DNA of 52,524 bases from Candidatus Heimdallarchaeota archaeon (lineage in GTDB: Archaea; Asgardarchaeota; Heimdallarchaeia; Heimdallarchaeales; Heimdallarchaeaceae). Shown here piece after piece: positions 7,245-15,807 of the stretch (position 1 is its first letter; each line of letters begins with the position of its first letter). The DNA lies in the NCBI GenBank assembly GCA_021399345.1, contig JAAFKI010000014.1, forward strand, positions 1-52,524. The letters are read 5' to 3'. Below the pieces are notes generated by a model. The model searched no databases and was not told the origin of the DNA. It saw only the letters and a list, made by a program, of their open reading frames with translations. A program made the position numbers and the translations under genes.

Positions 7245-9173
7245 TTGGTCACACAGACAACAAGCAAACTACAAACACTTCTTCCCACCGCATCAAAGGG
7301 AGTGATGAGAAGTTATCAAGTAGTGCTCAACTGTGCAGACCAATCCCAACGAGAAGAGATTAATCAGAGGATAAGAACACTAGAAGACCAACAGGAGCAA
7401 CTACTAACGCCACAAGTGATTACACAAGCGGTGGAACTCTACAGAACCAATCCGAAAGAAGGATTCTTCACTCGTCAACTCTGCAAAGCAGTAGGACAAA
7501 GTCCGAATATTGCAGAAAGTGCCTTTCATTGGCTGTATATAGCTATCAAAGGAAAAATAGACAAGGAGAAGAAAGTACAAGGTTTACTCAACTTTCTGCT
7601 AAAAAACCCTCTACAATTGATAGAATGGCTGATTTTTGGTCGTTCCCCTTACACTGAACGGAGTCTAGAGAACTTTTGGAGACTAAAGAGAAGATATATT
7701 ATCAATCTTCTTACTAGTACCAGAACACAAACCGATTCCTATTGGAGAAAAAAACATTACTCCAGCTATTTTGCTGACTTCCTAGAATTCAACACCCTCC
7801 TCCCAACATGTTCGCAATCTGAAGTACTTCAAGCTCTAGATGATACGCTGTTTTATCAACAGCACGAGTTTTCCCTTATCCCACAACTGACCAAGAATCA
7901 ACAAGCGTTTCTGAAGAAACTCAAGCTCTTAAAGAAAGAACAACAGATAGTTGTCCCTTTTCTCACCTCATGGATAAATAGTCCTCAAGATTCTCGATGG
8001 AAAAGTCTCAAAGATCTCGCAGAACAACTAGCAGCAATAATAGGTAAACCTTCCCGAAAACTCTTTTCAGCCGTTAGGCAGATAATCGTTTTCACACTCT
8101 TTGATCAGTACATGCAGAGTGTCCCTCAGTTAGTCAAGGTGCTACCTATAGCTAATGTTGTTCCCCTACCATTTAAACGAAAAAAGAAAGGAAGATTACC
8201 AATAAAATTGTTAATGAAGAAAAACTATGTTATCACCCGCCAAGGGAATGCACAAGAATTGACTGACCAGATTAAGAAGCAAGGAAGGATTGAACTCGGT
8301 TTTCCAAGTAAAGGAAAGCAGAAATTAACTGCTCAAGTTCATTTTCCACTGAAGGTAGTAGAATATATCAGAAATGGTGCCAGCATCAAAGTGTTCCAAG
8401 TGAGCAGTGGACAAGCGCCAAGTTATAAACCTCGGGTGGATGTGGTACTCGAAGGAGCGCATGCTTGTTTCCATTCAGCTAAACTTCTTCACCGCTATCT
8501 TGCAACGATTCCTGCAAAGAAATCGTCTATCCTAGGACTAGATATCAACCGCTTAGGACAATACATGATAGTGTTTAACATCCCTGTCTCTCTCCCTCCA
8601 GATTTACTAAACTTAGCAGAGCAATATGATCATCTCAGTACAAAAGTTATTGATGAACTCAACCGAGGGTTCCTCCGTAAACGAAAAGAGTATGATTCCC
8701 GAGGTAGTTGCAAACTTAAATCTGAGCTCAATCGTGTCTATACTCGTCGTCATCGCCTTCTTTGCGAAATCACTCGTCGTCTTCCCCATTTTCTCGCAGC
8801 TGTTCTGGTGAAAAAACAGACAAAAGTACTCAAGATTGAACGTTTAACTGCTGATCCCACTGGCACTAAAGGTGCCTTAGCTAAAGCTATTTACACCATG
8901 CCTGACAGTTTGTTCATTTACAAAAAAGCTGTGTGGTTAGCTTCTTTGGAATTAGGTTATGATGTCCAGTTAGAGACAGTTCCTCCTTATCACACCAGTA
9001 CCGTTCATTACCGGTGTGGGGGTATTCTTGCTCGTCAAAAAGGTCAATATGATGTTGCTCCATGCAAGAAGTGTGGTCAACAGGTCAATACACATAGTAA
9101 TGCCGCTCAGAATATCGCTTCCCTCAAAGGTATCTTTCTTCCTCCCGATTCCTTCCCCTCACCGCACGTGTAG
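7245..9173 (+). CDS. tnpB: Large TnpB-like RNA-guided RuvC protein (start may be ATG 7305 rather than TTG 7245)
   Basis: RuvC-I ILGLDIN (D433), RuvC-II LKIERL (E532), PPYHTS, Zn finger HYRC...CKKC, RuvC-III NTHSNAAQNI. Confidence 0.85.
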   Translation: MVTQTTSKLQTLLPTASKGVMRSYQVVLNCADQSQREEINQRIRTLEDQQEQLLTPQVITQAVELYRTNPKEGFFTRQLCKAVGQSPNIAESAFHWLYIAIKGKIDKEKKVQGLLNFLLKNPLQLIEWLIFGRSPYTERSLENFWRLKRRYIINLLTSTRTQTDSYWRKKHYSSYFADFLEFNTLLPTCSQSEVLQALDDTLFYQQHEFSLIPQLTKNQQAFLKKLKLLKKEQQIVVPFLTSWINSPQDSRWKSLKDLAEQLAAIIGKPSRKLFSAVRQIIVFTLFDQYMQSVPQLVKVLPIANVVPLPFKRKKKGRLPIKLLMKKNYVITRQGNAQELTDQIKKQGRIELGFPSKGKQKLTAQVHFPLKVVEYIRNGASIKVFQVSSGQAPSYKPRVDVVLEGAHACFHSAKLLHRYLATIPAKKSSILGLDINRLGQYMIVFNIPVSLPPDLLNLAEQYDHLSTKVIDELNRGFLRKRKEYDSRGSCKLKSELNRVYTRRHRLLCEITRRLPHFLAAVLVKKQTKVLKIERLTADPTGTKGALAKAIYTMPDSLFIYKKAVWLASLELGYDVQLETVPPYHTSTVHYRCGGILARQKGQYDVAPCKKCGQQVNTHSNAAQNIASLKGIFLPPDSFPSPHV

Positions 9174-9236
9174 GGGACCCACTCAAACGACGGTTAAACG
9201 CCTTCTGGCAAGTTTAACCAAGTTTCATAACGTGCG
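9154..9236 (+). ncRNA. Predicted TnpB omega-RNA scaffold core at the element right end (5' boundary probably further upstream)
   Basis: Stem TCCCCT 9154-9159 / AGGGGA 9172-9177; hairpin GGTTAAAC-GCC-TTCT-GGC-AA-GTTTAACC 9192-9219; CGCACGT 9163-9169 complementary to ACGTGCG 9230-9236. Confidence 0.7.
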
Positions 9237-9238
9237 TT

Positions 9239-9889
9239 TTACTGCTTTTTAGCTTCTAGTATTGCTTTTACTCGTTTTAATCTCGAAAAAGTTTCTCTCT
9301 CTTGTTCTTCAAGAGTACTTGCAATGAATTTTGCTGTTGCAAGTAATTTTGGAATTAAAATATAGTTCAGAGCATTAACTCGTCTCTTAGTTTTATTAAT
9401 CTCAACAGCTAGTTTTTCAAGTAAAGTCATCTTCTCGGCAATAACCATCAGTGTTTTCAATGACTTGCGAAAATAAACTATTGACCTATCTAGTTGTGCA
9501 CTCGAACTAGTTAGACCATAAAACACATCTTCTCCTTCCTTCTGAATCTCATTAACAATAAACCTAGGTGATCTAACACCCATGATACTAACAGTTTGTG
9601 GAGTAATTTCTAAAACAGCAGGTGCATATTGAGCAAGATCTCTAATTTTGTCTGGACCTACAATCATCTCAGCTTTAGCAAGAGATTGATACGCAATCCT
9701 TAGTTCTTCTTCTACTTGTTTTCTTGCTTCTCTTACTTCATCTTTGATGGCATATAATTCAATAACTAGTGCATCCATCTTCTCCTTAAGAAGATCATGT
9801 CCTTTTTGAGCAAGCTTGATTCGAGACCTTGTATTAAGAAGCTCCATTCTTGTTGCACTAATAGTACCAAATTCTGGTGTTGCCATCAA
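9239..9889 (-). CDS. atpD: A/V-type ATP synthase subunit D
   Basis: TRMELL, GHDLLKEKMDAL, SIMGVRSP, EINKTKRRVNALNYILIP, EEQERETFSRLK. Confidence 0.97.
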   Translation of the reverse strand: MMATPEFGTISATRMELLNTRSRIKLAQKGHDLLKEKMDALVIELYAIKDEVREARKQVEEELRIAYQSLAKAEMIVGPDKIRDLAQYAPAVLEITPQTVSIMGVRSPRFIVNEIQKEGEDVFYGLTSSSAQLDRSIVYFRKSLKTLMVIAEKMTLLEKLAVEINKTKRRVNALNYILIPKLLATAKFIASTLEEQERETFSRLKRVKAILEAKKQ

Positions 9890-10046
9890 CGGAAAGAATA
9901 CCAGTTAAGTTAAATAGTTTTTGTTCTGTAGAAACCCCTAGATTTGCTTGTAAGAGCAGTTTTTAGTATAATCATAACTATGTTAAGAATGGAAAGATAT
10001 TTTACTCGATACAATTTCCATTATTAAAAGACAGATGTGACACTGA

Positions 10047-10649
10047 ATGACATTAGACATCTACAATAGAATAAAGGATACCGATGAGCTAGTTTTTCCA
10101 GGAACCCGTTTAGCAGTTACAGAGGAATTTATAGGGGGACAAGGTACATTTTCAGAAGGCAACTATATCTATGCTGCCGTAACAGGAAAAGTTAACATAA
10201 ATATTGAAAAACATGAAATATCAGTTATGTCAAAAGCAAAACCTACAGTTGTTCCTAAAAATGGTGATATAGTAATTGGTGGAATTGTAAATGCTTCTCG
10301 TCAAATGATAACTGTATCTGTGAACTATATCAATAACAAGGAAGTTTATCCAACTTATACAATGGTTATCCATGTCTCTCAAATCTCAAGAGAATATTTG
10401 GATTCAGTAGATGAAGCAGTACGTTTGGCAGATATTGTTAGAGCCAAAGTAATTGATTCTAAAACCATTCCCTTACAAGGATCTTTAATAGGTTCACAAC
10501 TTGGAGTTATATTATCCAATTGTTCAAGATGTGGGAGGAAATTGGAGAAAATAGGGAGAGACAAATTGAAATGTTCTGAATGCTCTTATTTCGAAAAAAG
10601 AACAACCACTATTGATTATGGAAGTGGAAAATTAGCATTCAAAACATAA
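10047..10649 (+). CDS. csl4: Exosome RNA-binding subunit Csl4
   Basis: VFPGTRL..EEF, S1 domain (IHVSQ, DIVRAKV), LGVI plus Zn ribbon CSRC...CSEC. Confidence 0.93.
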   Translation: MTLDIYNRIKDTDELVFPGTRLAVTEEFIGGQGTFSEGNYIYAAVTGKVNINIEKHEISVMSKAKPTVVPKNGDIVIGGIVNASRQMITVSVNYINNKEVYPTYTMVIHVSQISREYLDSVDEAVRLADIVRAKVIDSKTIPLQGSLIGSQLGVILSNCSRCGRKLEKIGRDKLKCSECSYFEKRTTTIDYGSGKLAFKT

Positions 10650-10669
10650 ACTAATTTTTCATTACTAGG

Positions 10670-11371
10670 TTGGTGATTAGTTTGGCAAAAACAACCAAGA
10701 AAGAGATATATGTTAATATTGTAAGAAAAGATTTGTTAGAATACTTCCTAGAATTGCTCTCGGATTCCTTACGTTATGTTGAGTTCATTTTTACACATAG
10801 AAAAGGAAAATCCAAAATTTCTTTGTTTGGAGAAAGGGAGAATGTAAATCAGTCTGCTATTAAAGTTAAAATTCTTGCGAAAATGTTTAATCAATCTGCA
10901 ATTCTCAATGCTGATGGTTATTATGTTCATAATATGAAACTTATACAACAAATTGGATCAAAAATCATCTCTTTACAAAGTATAAGTACAGTCTTAAATC
11001 ATTTGGAAATCCTTTCATCAGTAAAGGATCAAAATTTAATTACAAAAGCAAGTATGCAAGAAGTACAGAAGATTTTGTCAGCAATGCATGAATTAATACA
11101 AGAAACCCCTTTAAATGTTAGAACACAGATAATGAAGAGAATTTTAGCTACAGTTGGTTACTGTACAGAACTTTCCCCCTCCTTTATCCTTGATAAAGGG
11201 TTGGAAATGGGATATTTCAAGAAGCAGAAACACACTATCTCAATAAACTATGATCCTGAGAAATGTATTACAGAACTGATAGAGAAATTGTCTGGAGATT
11301 CCTTGCAAACTGAGTACCTTGAATCCAGAGACAAAGATGCGGAGATAGAGAAGATTTTATTTAGAGAATAA
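10670..11371 (+). CDS. Conserved hypothetical protein, possibly DUF2067 family
   Basis: Long ORF between csl4 and rpoL, a position known for DUF2067 in some archaea; sequence match not certain. Confidence 0.5.
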   Translation: MVISLAKTTKKEIYVNIVRKDLLEYFLELLSDSLRYVEFIFTHRKGKSKISLFGERENVNQSAIKVKILAKMFNQSAILNADGYYVHNMKLIQQIGSKIISLQSISTVLNHLEILSSVKDQNLITKASMQEVQKILSAMHELIQETPLNVRTQIMKRILATVGYCTELSPSFILDKGLEMGYFKKQKHTISINYDPEKCITELIEKLSGDSLQTEYLESRDKDAEIEKILFRE

Positions 11372-11434
11372 AAAACAGTCTAGACTGGTAAGATATTTAA
11401 ATCAAGTATTAAAACAAACTTCAGAGGCAATGAA

Positions 11435-11719
11435 ATGCTGATTAACATTCTAAAAAAGGAAAAGGGTTACATAAAATTTAGCATCAAAGCTACAGACCCC
11501 CACACTTTATTTAATCTTTTACGTGAAGAGCTACTAAAAGATACAGAGGTAGATTTTGCTGGGTACTGGCGAGATGAATCTTTCTATGAATCAGTCATTT
11601 TTCAAGTAAGAATGAAGAAGAAAACTGCGGATCCTCTTGTTTTTATAAATTTTGCATTAGACAGATTGGAAAAACAATCGAAGGAATTTGTCGAGTTATG
11701 CAAAGCAAAAATTGAGTAA
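11435..11719 (+). CDS. rpoL: RNA polymerase subunit Rpo11 (L)
   Basis: HTLFNLLREELLKDTEVDFAGY motif. Confidence 0.9.
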   Translation: MLINILKKEKGYIKFSIKATDPHTLFNLLREELLKDTEVDFAGYWRDESFYESVIFQVRMKKKTADPLVFINFALDRLEKQSKEFVELCKAKIE

Positions 11720-11731
11720 GGAGGTAGTCTT

Positions 11732-12151
11732 TTGGACTCACCCTTTGAATTTACTCCAGATTTAAATGAACTTCTTTTGAATAATAAACTAGCTAAATTC
11801 GGAGATTCTGTTGTGAATTTCATTTACAATGCAGCTGTATGCAATGCTACTAAAGAATTGCAGGGTGTAAAAGTTTGGGATCAATGTCTTGCACAGGCAT
11901 GCAGAGATTCTCCTTTAAGGAAGTATGTGGGCTCAAGGAAAAATGCTGGGGATCTGGGTGATGCCGTTGAAGCATTTATTGCCTTTATCTATCTAAGAAA
12001 CCCAATTAATATTACTGAAATGATTTCAATTTTAACAAAAAGCATTACAATAAACAAGCATTTACTAGAACCCAATGAAAGAGAATTATGTTCAAAAGCT
12101 TTTACAGTTTTACTAAATGAATTATGTAAGAATCTTGGAATAACTGAGTAA
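11732..12151 (+). CDS. Archaeal stand-alone RNase III-like domain protein
   Basis: LAKFGDSVVNFIY and GDLGDAVEAFIA motifs; no dsRBD. Confidence 0.8.
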   Translation: MDSPFEFTPDLNELLLNNKLAKFGDSVVNFIYNAAVCNATKELQGVKVWDQCLAQACRDSPLRKYVGSRKNAGDLGDAVEAFIAFIYLRNPINITEMISILTKSITINKHLLEPNERELCSKAFTVLLNELCKNLGITE

Positions 12152-12161
12152 TTTTCTGGTT

Positions 12162-12743
12162 TCATAAAAGATAATCTTTGAAACTCTGTCCTATTATATC
12201 TGCTAATCTGAGGCTTTCAGGAACACAACTTGAGTAGGTTGTTATTTGAAGCAGATTTTTCACTTCATTAATATTACTGAACCCTAAATATTGTACATAT
12301 GTTTTGCACTTTCTTCCGCTTTGATTTATGAATTCAACCTTCTCTAGATTTGGGTTAGACATTAGAATTTCAAGACGTTTTTCCCAATCAGGGAGGTGAG
12401 ATAGTGCTTTCTTAACTTCTGCATCATTAGGAGGGGTGTGTAATATTGATATGGTTGGTATAGCTGTTTTTTGGTAAATCTCCTCCATGTTAATAACATT
12501 GAATGCAGCTATCGTTGCACTTCCTAAAACTATAGTTTTTACTTGATTTAGGAACTTGCTTTCCTTTATCATAGTGATGATTCTTTCTGTCGCATCCAAA
12601 CCATCAACTGTTATTTCTGTTCTTAAAACACCCTCAACTAGATTATTACCCCTTACTACAACACCAAAAACAAAGCATTTCAAGGACTTTTCTCTACTAA
12701 AAGCTGCATCATCAATACCTATTGTTCTAATATATTTCTTCAC
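12162..12743 (-). CDS. DUF99 family protein (endonuclease V-like fold)
   Basis: IGIDDA, ITVDGLDAT, AAFNVI, PESLRLAD. Confidence 0.9.
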   Translation of the reverse strand: MKKYIRTIGIDDAAFSREKSLKCFVFGVVVRGNNLVEGVLRTEITVDGLDATERIITMIKESKFLNQVKTIVLGSATIAAFNVINMEEIYQKTAIPTISILHTPPNDAEVKKALSHLPDWEKRLEILMSNPNLEKVEFINQSGRKCKTYVQYLGFSNINEVKNLLQITTYSSCVPESLRLADIIGQSFKDYLL

Positions 12744-12841
12744 AGCTTACTTTCTAGTACCATTTATTTAAGTAATTATCTAATTTTTGTGATAAGAAAG
12801 TACCTTTTTAAATAAAGAGTATAGAGAGATTACTGGTTTAT

Positions 12842-13639
12842 ATGAGTAGAAGAAACCTTCCAGAATATGGTGATTTAGTAATTGGTACAGTTAAGAGCAT
12901 TTTCGATCACGGAGTATATGTTGATCTTGATGAGTACGATGATTTACAAGCTTATTGTCATGTATCTGAAGTTAGTTCCACTTGGGTGAGGAACATTCGA
13001 AATGTTATGAGGTTGGGTAAGAAAGTTGTAGGAAGGGTTATGCGAGTCAAAGAAAATCAAATTGACATTAGCATAAAAAGAGTTTCTGACGGATTAAAAA
13101 GAAAGAAAGTTGAAGAAACTAAAAAATATAAAACTGCTATAACACTTCTAGAGATGAGCGCTAAAATAAGGAAGATAAGCTTCGAAACAGCTCGAGCTGA
13201 AGTTGAAGATTTATGTACTGAATATTATGGAAGCTTCTACCAAGCCTTTGAAGAATCATTATTCAGTGGAGAGGGCGTTTTTACTGATGCAAGTGTATCT
13301 GAGGAGTGGGCTAAAGTGCTAACTGAAATTGCAAAAACGAATATGACTATACCCAAAGTAGAGATTTCAAGAGATCTTGAGATAATTTGCTGGGAAGGTA
13401 ATGGAGTTAATTCGATCAGAGATGCTCTTAATAAAGCAAGAAAATCTAGAGAAGAGATTGAAGCAGAAGACAAAGAGCTCAATATGAACATATATGTAAG
13501 AGGGGCACCCATGTATAGATTCGTAATCTCAGCAAGAGATTACGAGTTAGCAGAAGAATTAATGTCTAAAGTAGTCTCTACAATTGAGGATTCCCTGTCA
13601 ACAGTTAAAGCTTCTGTTAAGGTTGTTGAATCAAAGTAA
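12842..13639 (+). CDS. eif2a: Translation initiation factor aIF2 alpha
   Basis: LPEYGDLVIGTV, S1 domain with SEVSSTWVRNIR, IDISIKRV, GAPMYR. Confidence 0.96.
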   Translation: MSRRNLPEYGDLVIGTVKSIFDHGVYVDLDEYDDLQAYCHVSEVSSTWVRNIRNVMRLGKKVVGRVMRVKENQIDISIKRVSDGLKRKKVEETKKYKTAITLLEMSAKIRKISFETARAEVEDLCTEYYGSFYQAFEESLFSGEGVFTDASVSEEWAKVLTEIAKTNMTIPKVEISRDLEIICWEGNGVNSIRDALNKARKSREEIEAEDKELNMNIYVRGAPMYRFVISARDYELAEELMSKVVSTIEDSLSTVKASVKVVESK

Positions 13640-13651
13640 AGGGAGATTTTA

Positions 13652-13828
13652 ATGACCAAATCTATCTTTTTCTGTGCTAAATGTAAAGCCTATACCTTGA
13701 ATGACAAAACATGTCCAAATTGTGAAGGCAGAGTTGTTTCTCCTCAACCTGCTCGTTTTTCTATAGAAAAAGAAAAAAAGTATTCAGTTTATAGAAGAAG
13801 ACTACTAAAAGAAGAAATGAGAGATTAG
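13652..13828 (+). CDS. nop10: H/ACA RNP protein Nop10 (not in ORF track)
   Basis: Manual translation MTKSIFFCAKCKAYTLNDKTCPNCEGRVVSPQPARFSIEKEKKYSVYRRRLLKEEMRD; usual position after aIF2-alpha. Confidence 0.93.
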   Translation: MTKSIFFCAKCKAYTLNDKTCPNCEGRVVSPQPARFSIEKEKKYSVYRRRLLKEEMRD

Positions 13829-13836
13829 TTTTTTTG

Positions 13837-14436
13837 TTATTTGCATTGTAATATTGCTACTTCTATAATATGCTGTTTTTTTGTGTGAAAACTGTAAATT
13901 TTAGGTATTTCAAATTCTGCTTTTATTATTTCTTTTACTTCTTTGTTGTGATTTTTCACGAAACTTTTCAGGAAAATGATATTTCTTTCTTGATGAAGAT
14001 GAATAGAATAAGATATCATAGAAGCTTTTAGAGCTGAAAGTAAAAACTCTTGATCTTTAATCCCTCCTTGGACACCAAAGGGACTATTCATAAAAACTGT
14101 ATCAAACTTTCGCTCAGTAGTTCTTACATCTTCTTCTATGAATTCTATGTCTACTTCCAGTTTAGCTGCATTTTGTTTTGCAATCTCTAAAGCTTCTTTA
14201 TCAATTTCTAATCCAATCACTTTTTTTGCACCTAGTTGTTTAGCACCTATTCCAAACATTCCTGTTCCACAACAAAAGTCTCCTATAACTTTATTTTCAA
14301 TATGTCCTAGTTGATAAGCTCTCCAAAGAATCATTGCTGCTATACGCGGTGGAGTTTGATATTGCTCTAGTTTAATATTTGGTTTTTGAAATGTTCTAAC
14401 CTGTGATAGTAGCATTTCAATGTCCTTTTGTCTCAA
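13837..14436 (-). CDS. METTL5-family RNA methyltransferase
   Basis: LEQYQTP, DFCCGTG, MNSPFG, YSIH. Confidence 0.9.
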   Translation of the reverse strand: MRQKDIEMLLSQVRTFQKPNIKLEQYQTPPRIAAMILWRAYQLGHIENKVIGDFCCGTGMFGIGAKQLGAKKVIGLEIDKEALEIAKQNAAKLEVDIEFIEEDVRTTERKFDTVFMNSPFGVQGGIKDQEFLLSALKASMISYSIHLHQERNIIFLKSFVKNHNKEVKEIIKAEFEIPKIYSFHTKKQHIIEVAILQCK

Positions 14437-14438
14437 CT

Positions 14439-15194
14439 CTATCCTTCCTCCCCTGATTTCTTCAACTGATGAAGAATGGTTTTGAAAATACCAATTAATG
14501 AATGAATCTCTAAACTAGTTGGGAAGCTTCTATTAACAACAGTTGTAAAACTGTGAAAAGCAATAGGTTTTCTGTACTCTTCGTACGGTAGGAAACCAAC
14601 TAAATTTTCAACCAAGTCAAATAAGATTTTTCTTTCAATGCTAGTTGAAATCCTCTCTTCTGAAATCCTTTTTTCGGTTTGTGACAATTCCTTCCATATT
14701 TCATATAGTATAATTGCAACAGCTTGAGAGATATTCAAAACTCTATGATCCCCGGGTATAGGAATATTTACCAAAATATCACATAATCGTAATTCCTCGT
14801 TTGACAAACCCCTATCTTCTCTTCCAAAAATTATACCCATATTTCCTTGAGATACGGTTTGAATCTCACTTAAATTCCAAGGAAAAGAAGGTTGTCTATA
14901 TACATTGTAGCTCAATCCTGCCTTTGCTGAAGTTCCTATAAGAAGCGAATAATTTTCCTTTATTTCTTCTATGGAATTGACCACTATAGCTTCCTCCAAG
15001 TATTTTATTGAGTGCTTAGCCCTCTTTCTAGCTTCCTCATCAAGATGATTAACTTGAGGTGCAACTAAAACTAATCTATTAATTGCAAAGTTATTACATA
15101 ATCTAGCGATTGCACCAATATTCCCTTCAATTTTGGGTTCTACCAAGATAACATCTTGTTTTATGTTTGTTTCATAATATGTCATTTTTTTCAC
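14439..15194 (-). CDS. trmJ: TrmJ-family SPOUT tRNA 2'-O-methyltransferase (start possibly 15185)
   Basis: VILVEPKIEGNIGAIAR, IFGREDRGLSNEEL, LNISQAVAIILYE. Confidence 0.92.
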   Translation of the reverse strand: MKKMTYYETNIKQDVILVEPKIEGNIGAIARLCNNFAINRLVLVAPQVNHLDEEARKRAKHSIKYLEEAIVVNSIEEIKENYSLLIGTSAKAGLSYNVYRQPSFPWNLSEIQTVSQGNMGIIFGREDRGLSNEELRLCDILVNIPIPGDHRVLNISQAVAIILYEIWKELSQTEKRISEERISTSIERKILFDLVENLVGFLPYEEYRKPIAFHSFTTVVNRSFPTSLEIHSLIGIFKTILHQLKKSGEEG

Positions 15195-15807
15195 AAAAAT
15201 TGATTTTTACTAAATATAGTTTCTCAAAGAATAAGCTCAATTCACTCATAATCTCTAATTCTATTCCATCTTTCTTTAATTCTTGAATATTATCTTCATG
15301 CCAGCTTAGAGATGAGAATATGGTATAAAAACTGGCATTAACCTTGTTTTTACGTAAAGAATCCAACATCTCATATGTCTCTTCATAGCCCTTTTTCCCC
15401 CCCACTAACATAAGCCTGTTTATTGACGAAAGGTTGCCACTTTCCTCATTATCTGGTAAGTAGGGCGGATTCCAGATAATGATTTCAGAGTCGAGATAAT
15501 GAACTGCCTCAAGCTTATCCATACAAACAATGTCAACTTGATTCTGAATGCTGTTTAACTGTAAATTGTACTTAATTGCTTTAGTGGCACTAAAGGAAAT
15601 ATCTGATATTAGAAACTGAATATGGGGATTTCTTTTGGCAAGAACAATAGATATGATCCCTGAACCACCACCTATTTCCACAATTTTCTCTATGTTGTTT
15701 GATATTTTTATTTCATCTATTAGAAAAAAAGTATCTTCTGCAGGAAAATAGACTTCATCATCTAATTCTAGTTCTATTTCATATTTGGGGAAATCATATT
15801 TAACCAA
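15172..15807 (-). CDS. HemK/Mtq2-family release factor glutamine methyltransferase
   Basis: VYFPAEDTFFL, EIGGGSG, NPPYLP, GG..G. Confidence 0.88.
   Translation of the reverse strand: MVKYDFPKYEIELELDDEVYFPAEDTFFLIDEIKISNNIEKIVEIGGGSGIISIVLAKRNPHIQFLISDISFSATKAIKYNLQLNSIQNQVDIVCMDKLEAVHYLDSEIIIWNPPYLPDNEESGNLSSINRLMLVGGKKGYEETYEMLDSLRKNKVNASFYTIFSSLSWHEDNIQELKKDGIELEIMSELSLFFEKLYLVKINFCEKNDIL

Larger units (their letters stand above)
6744..9236 (+). mobile_element. IS607-family insertion sequence (defective tnpA plus large tnpB); ends inferred
   Basis: Serine-recombinase tnpA followed by a RuvC/Zn-finger tnpB; structured right end; CG dinucleotide at both inferred junctions (6744-6745, 9235-9236). 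Confidence 0.8.

Noticed and set aside
8960-9020. Pro-Fanzor-type rearranged RuvC-II
   Set aside because: The position before YHTS has Pro (VPPYHTS), not the relocated Glu of Fanzors, and the canonical E532 is present
6572-9300. CRISPR array or cas genes near the TnpB-like gene (Cas12 call)
   Set aside because: No repeat-spacer array or cas1/cas2 seen here or elsewhere in the window
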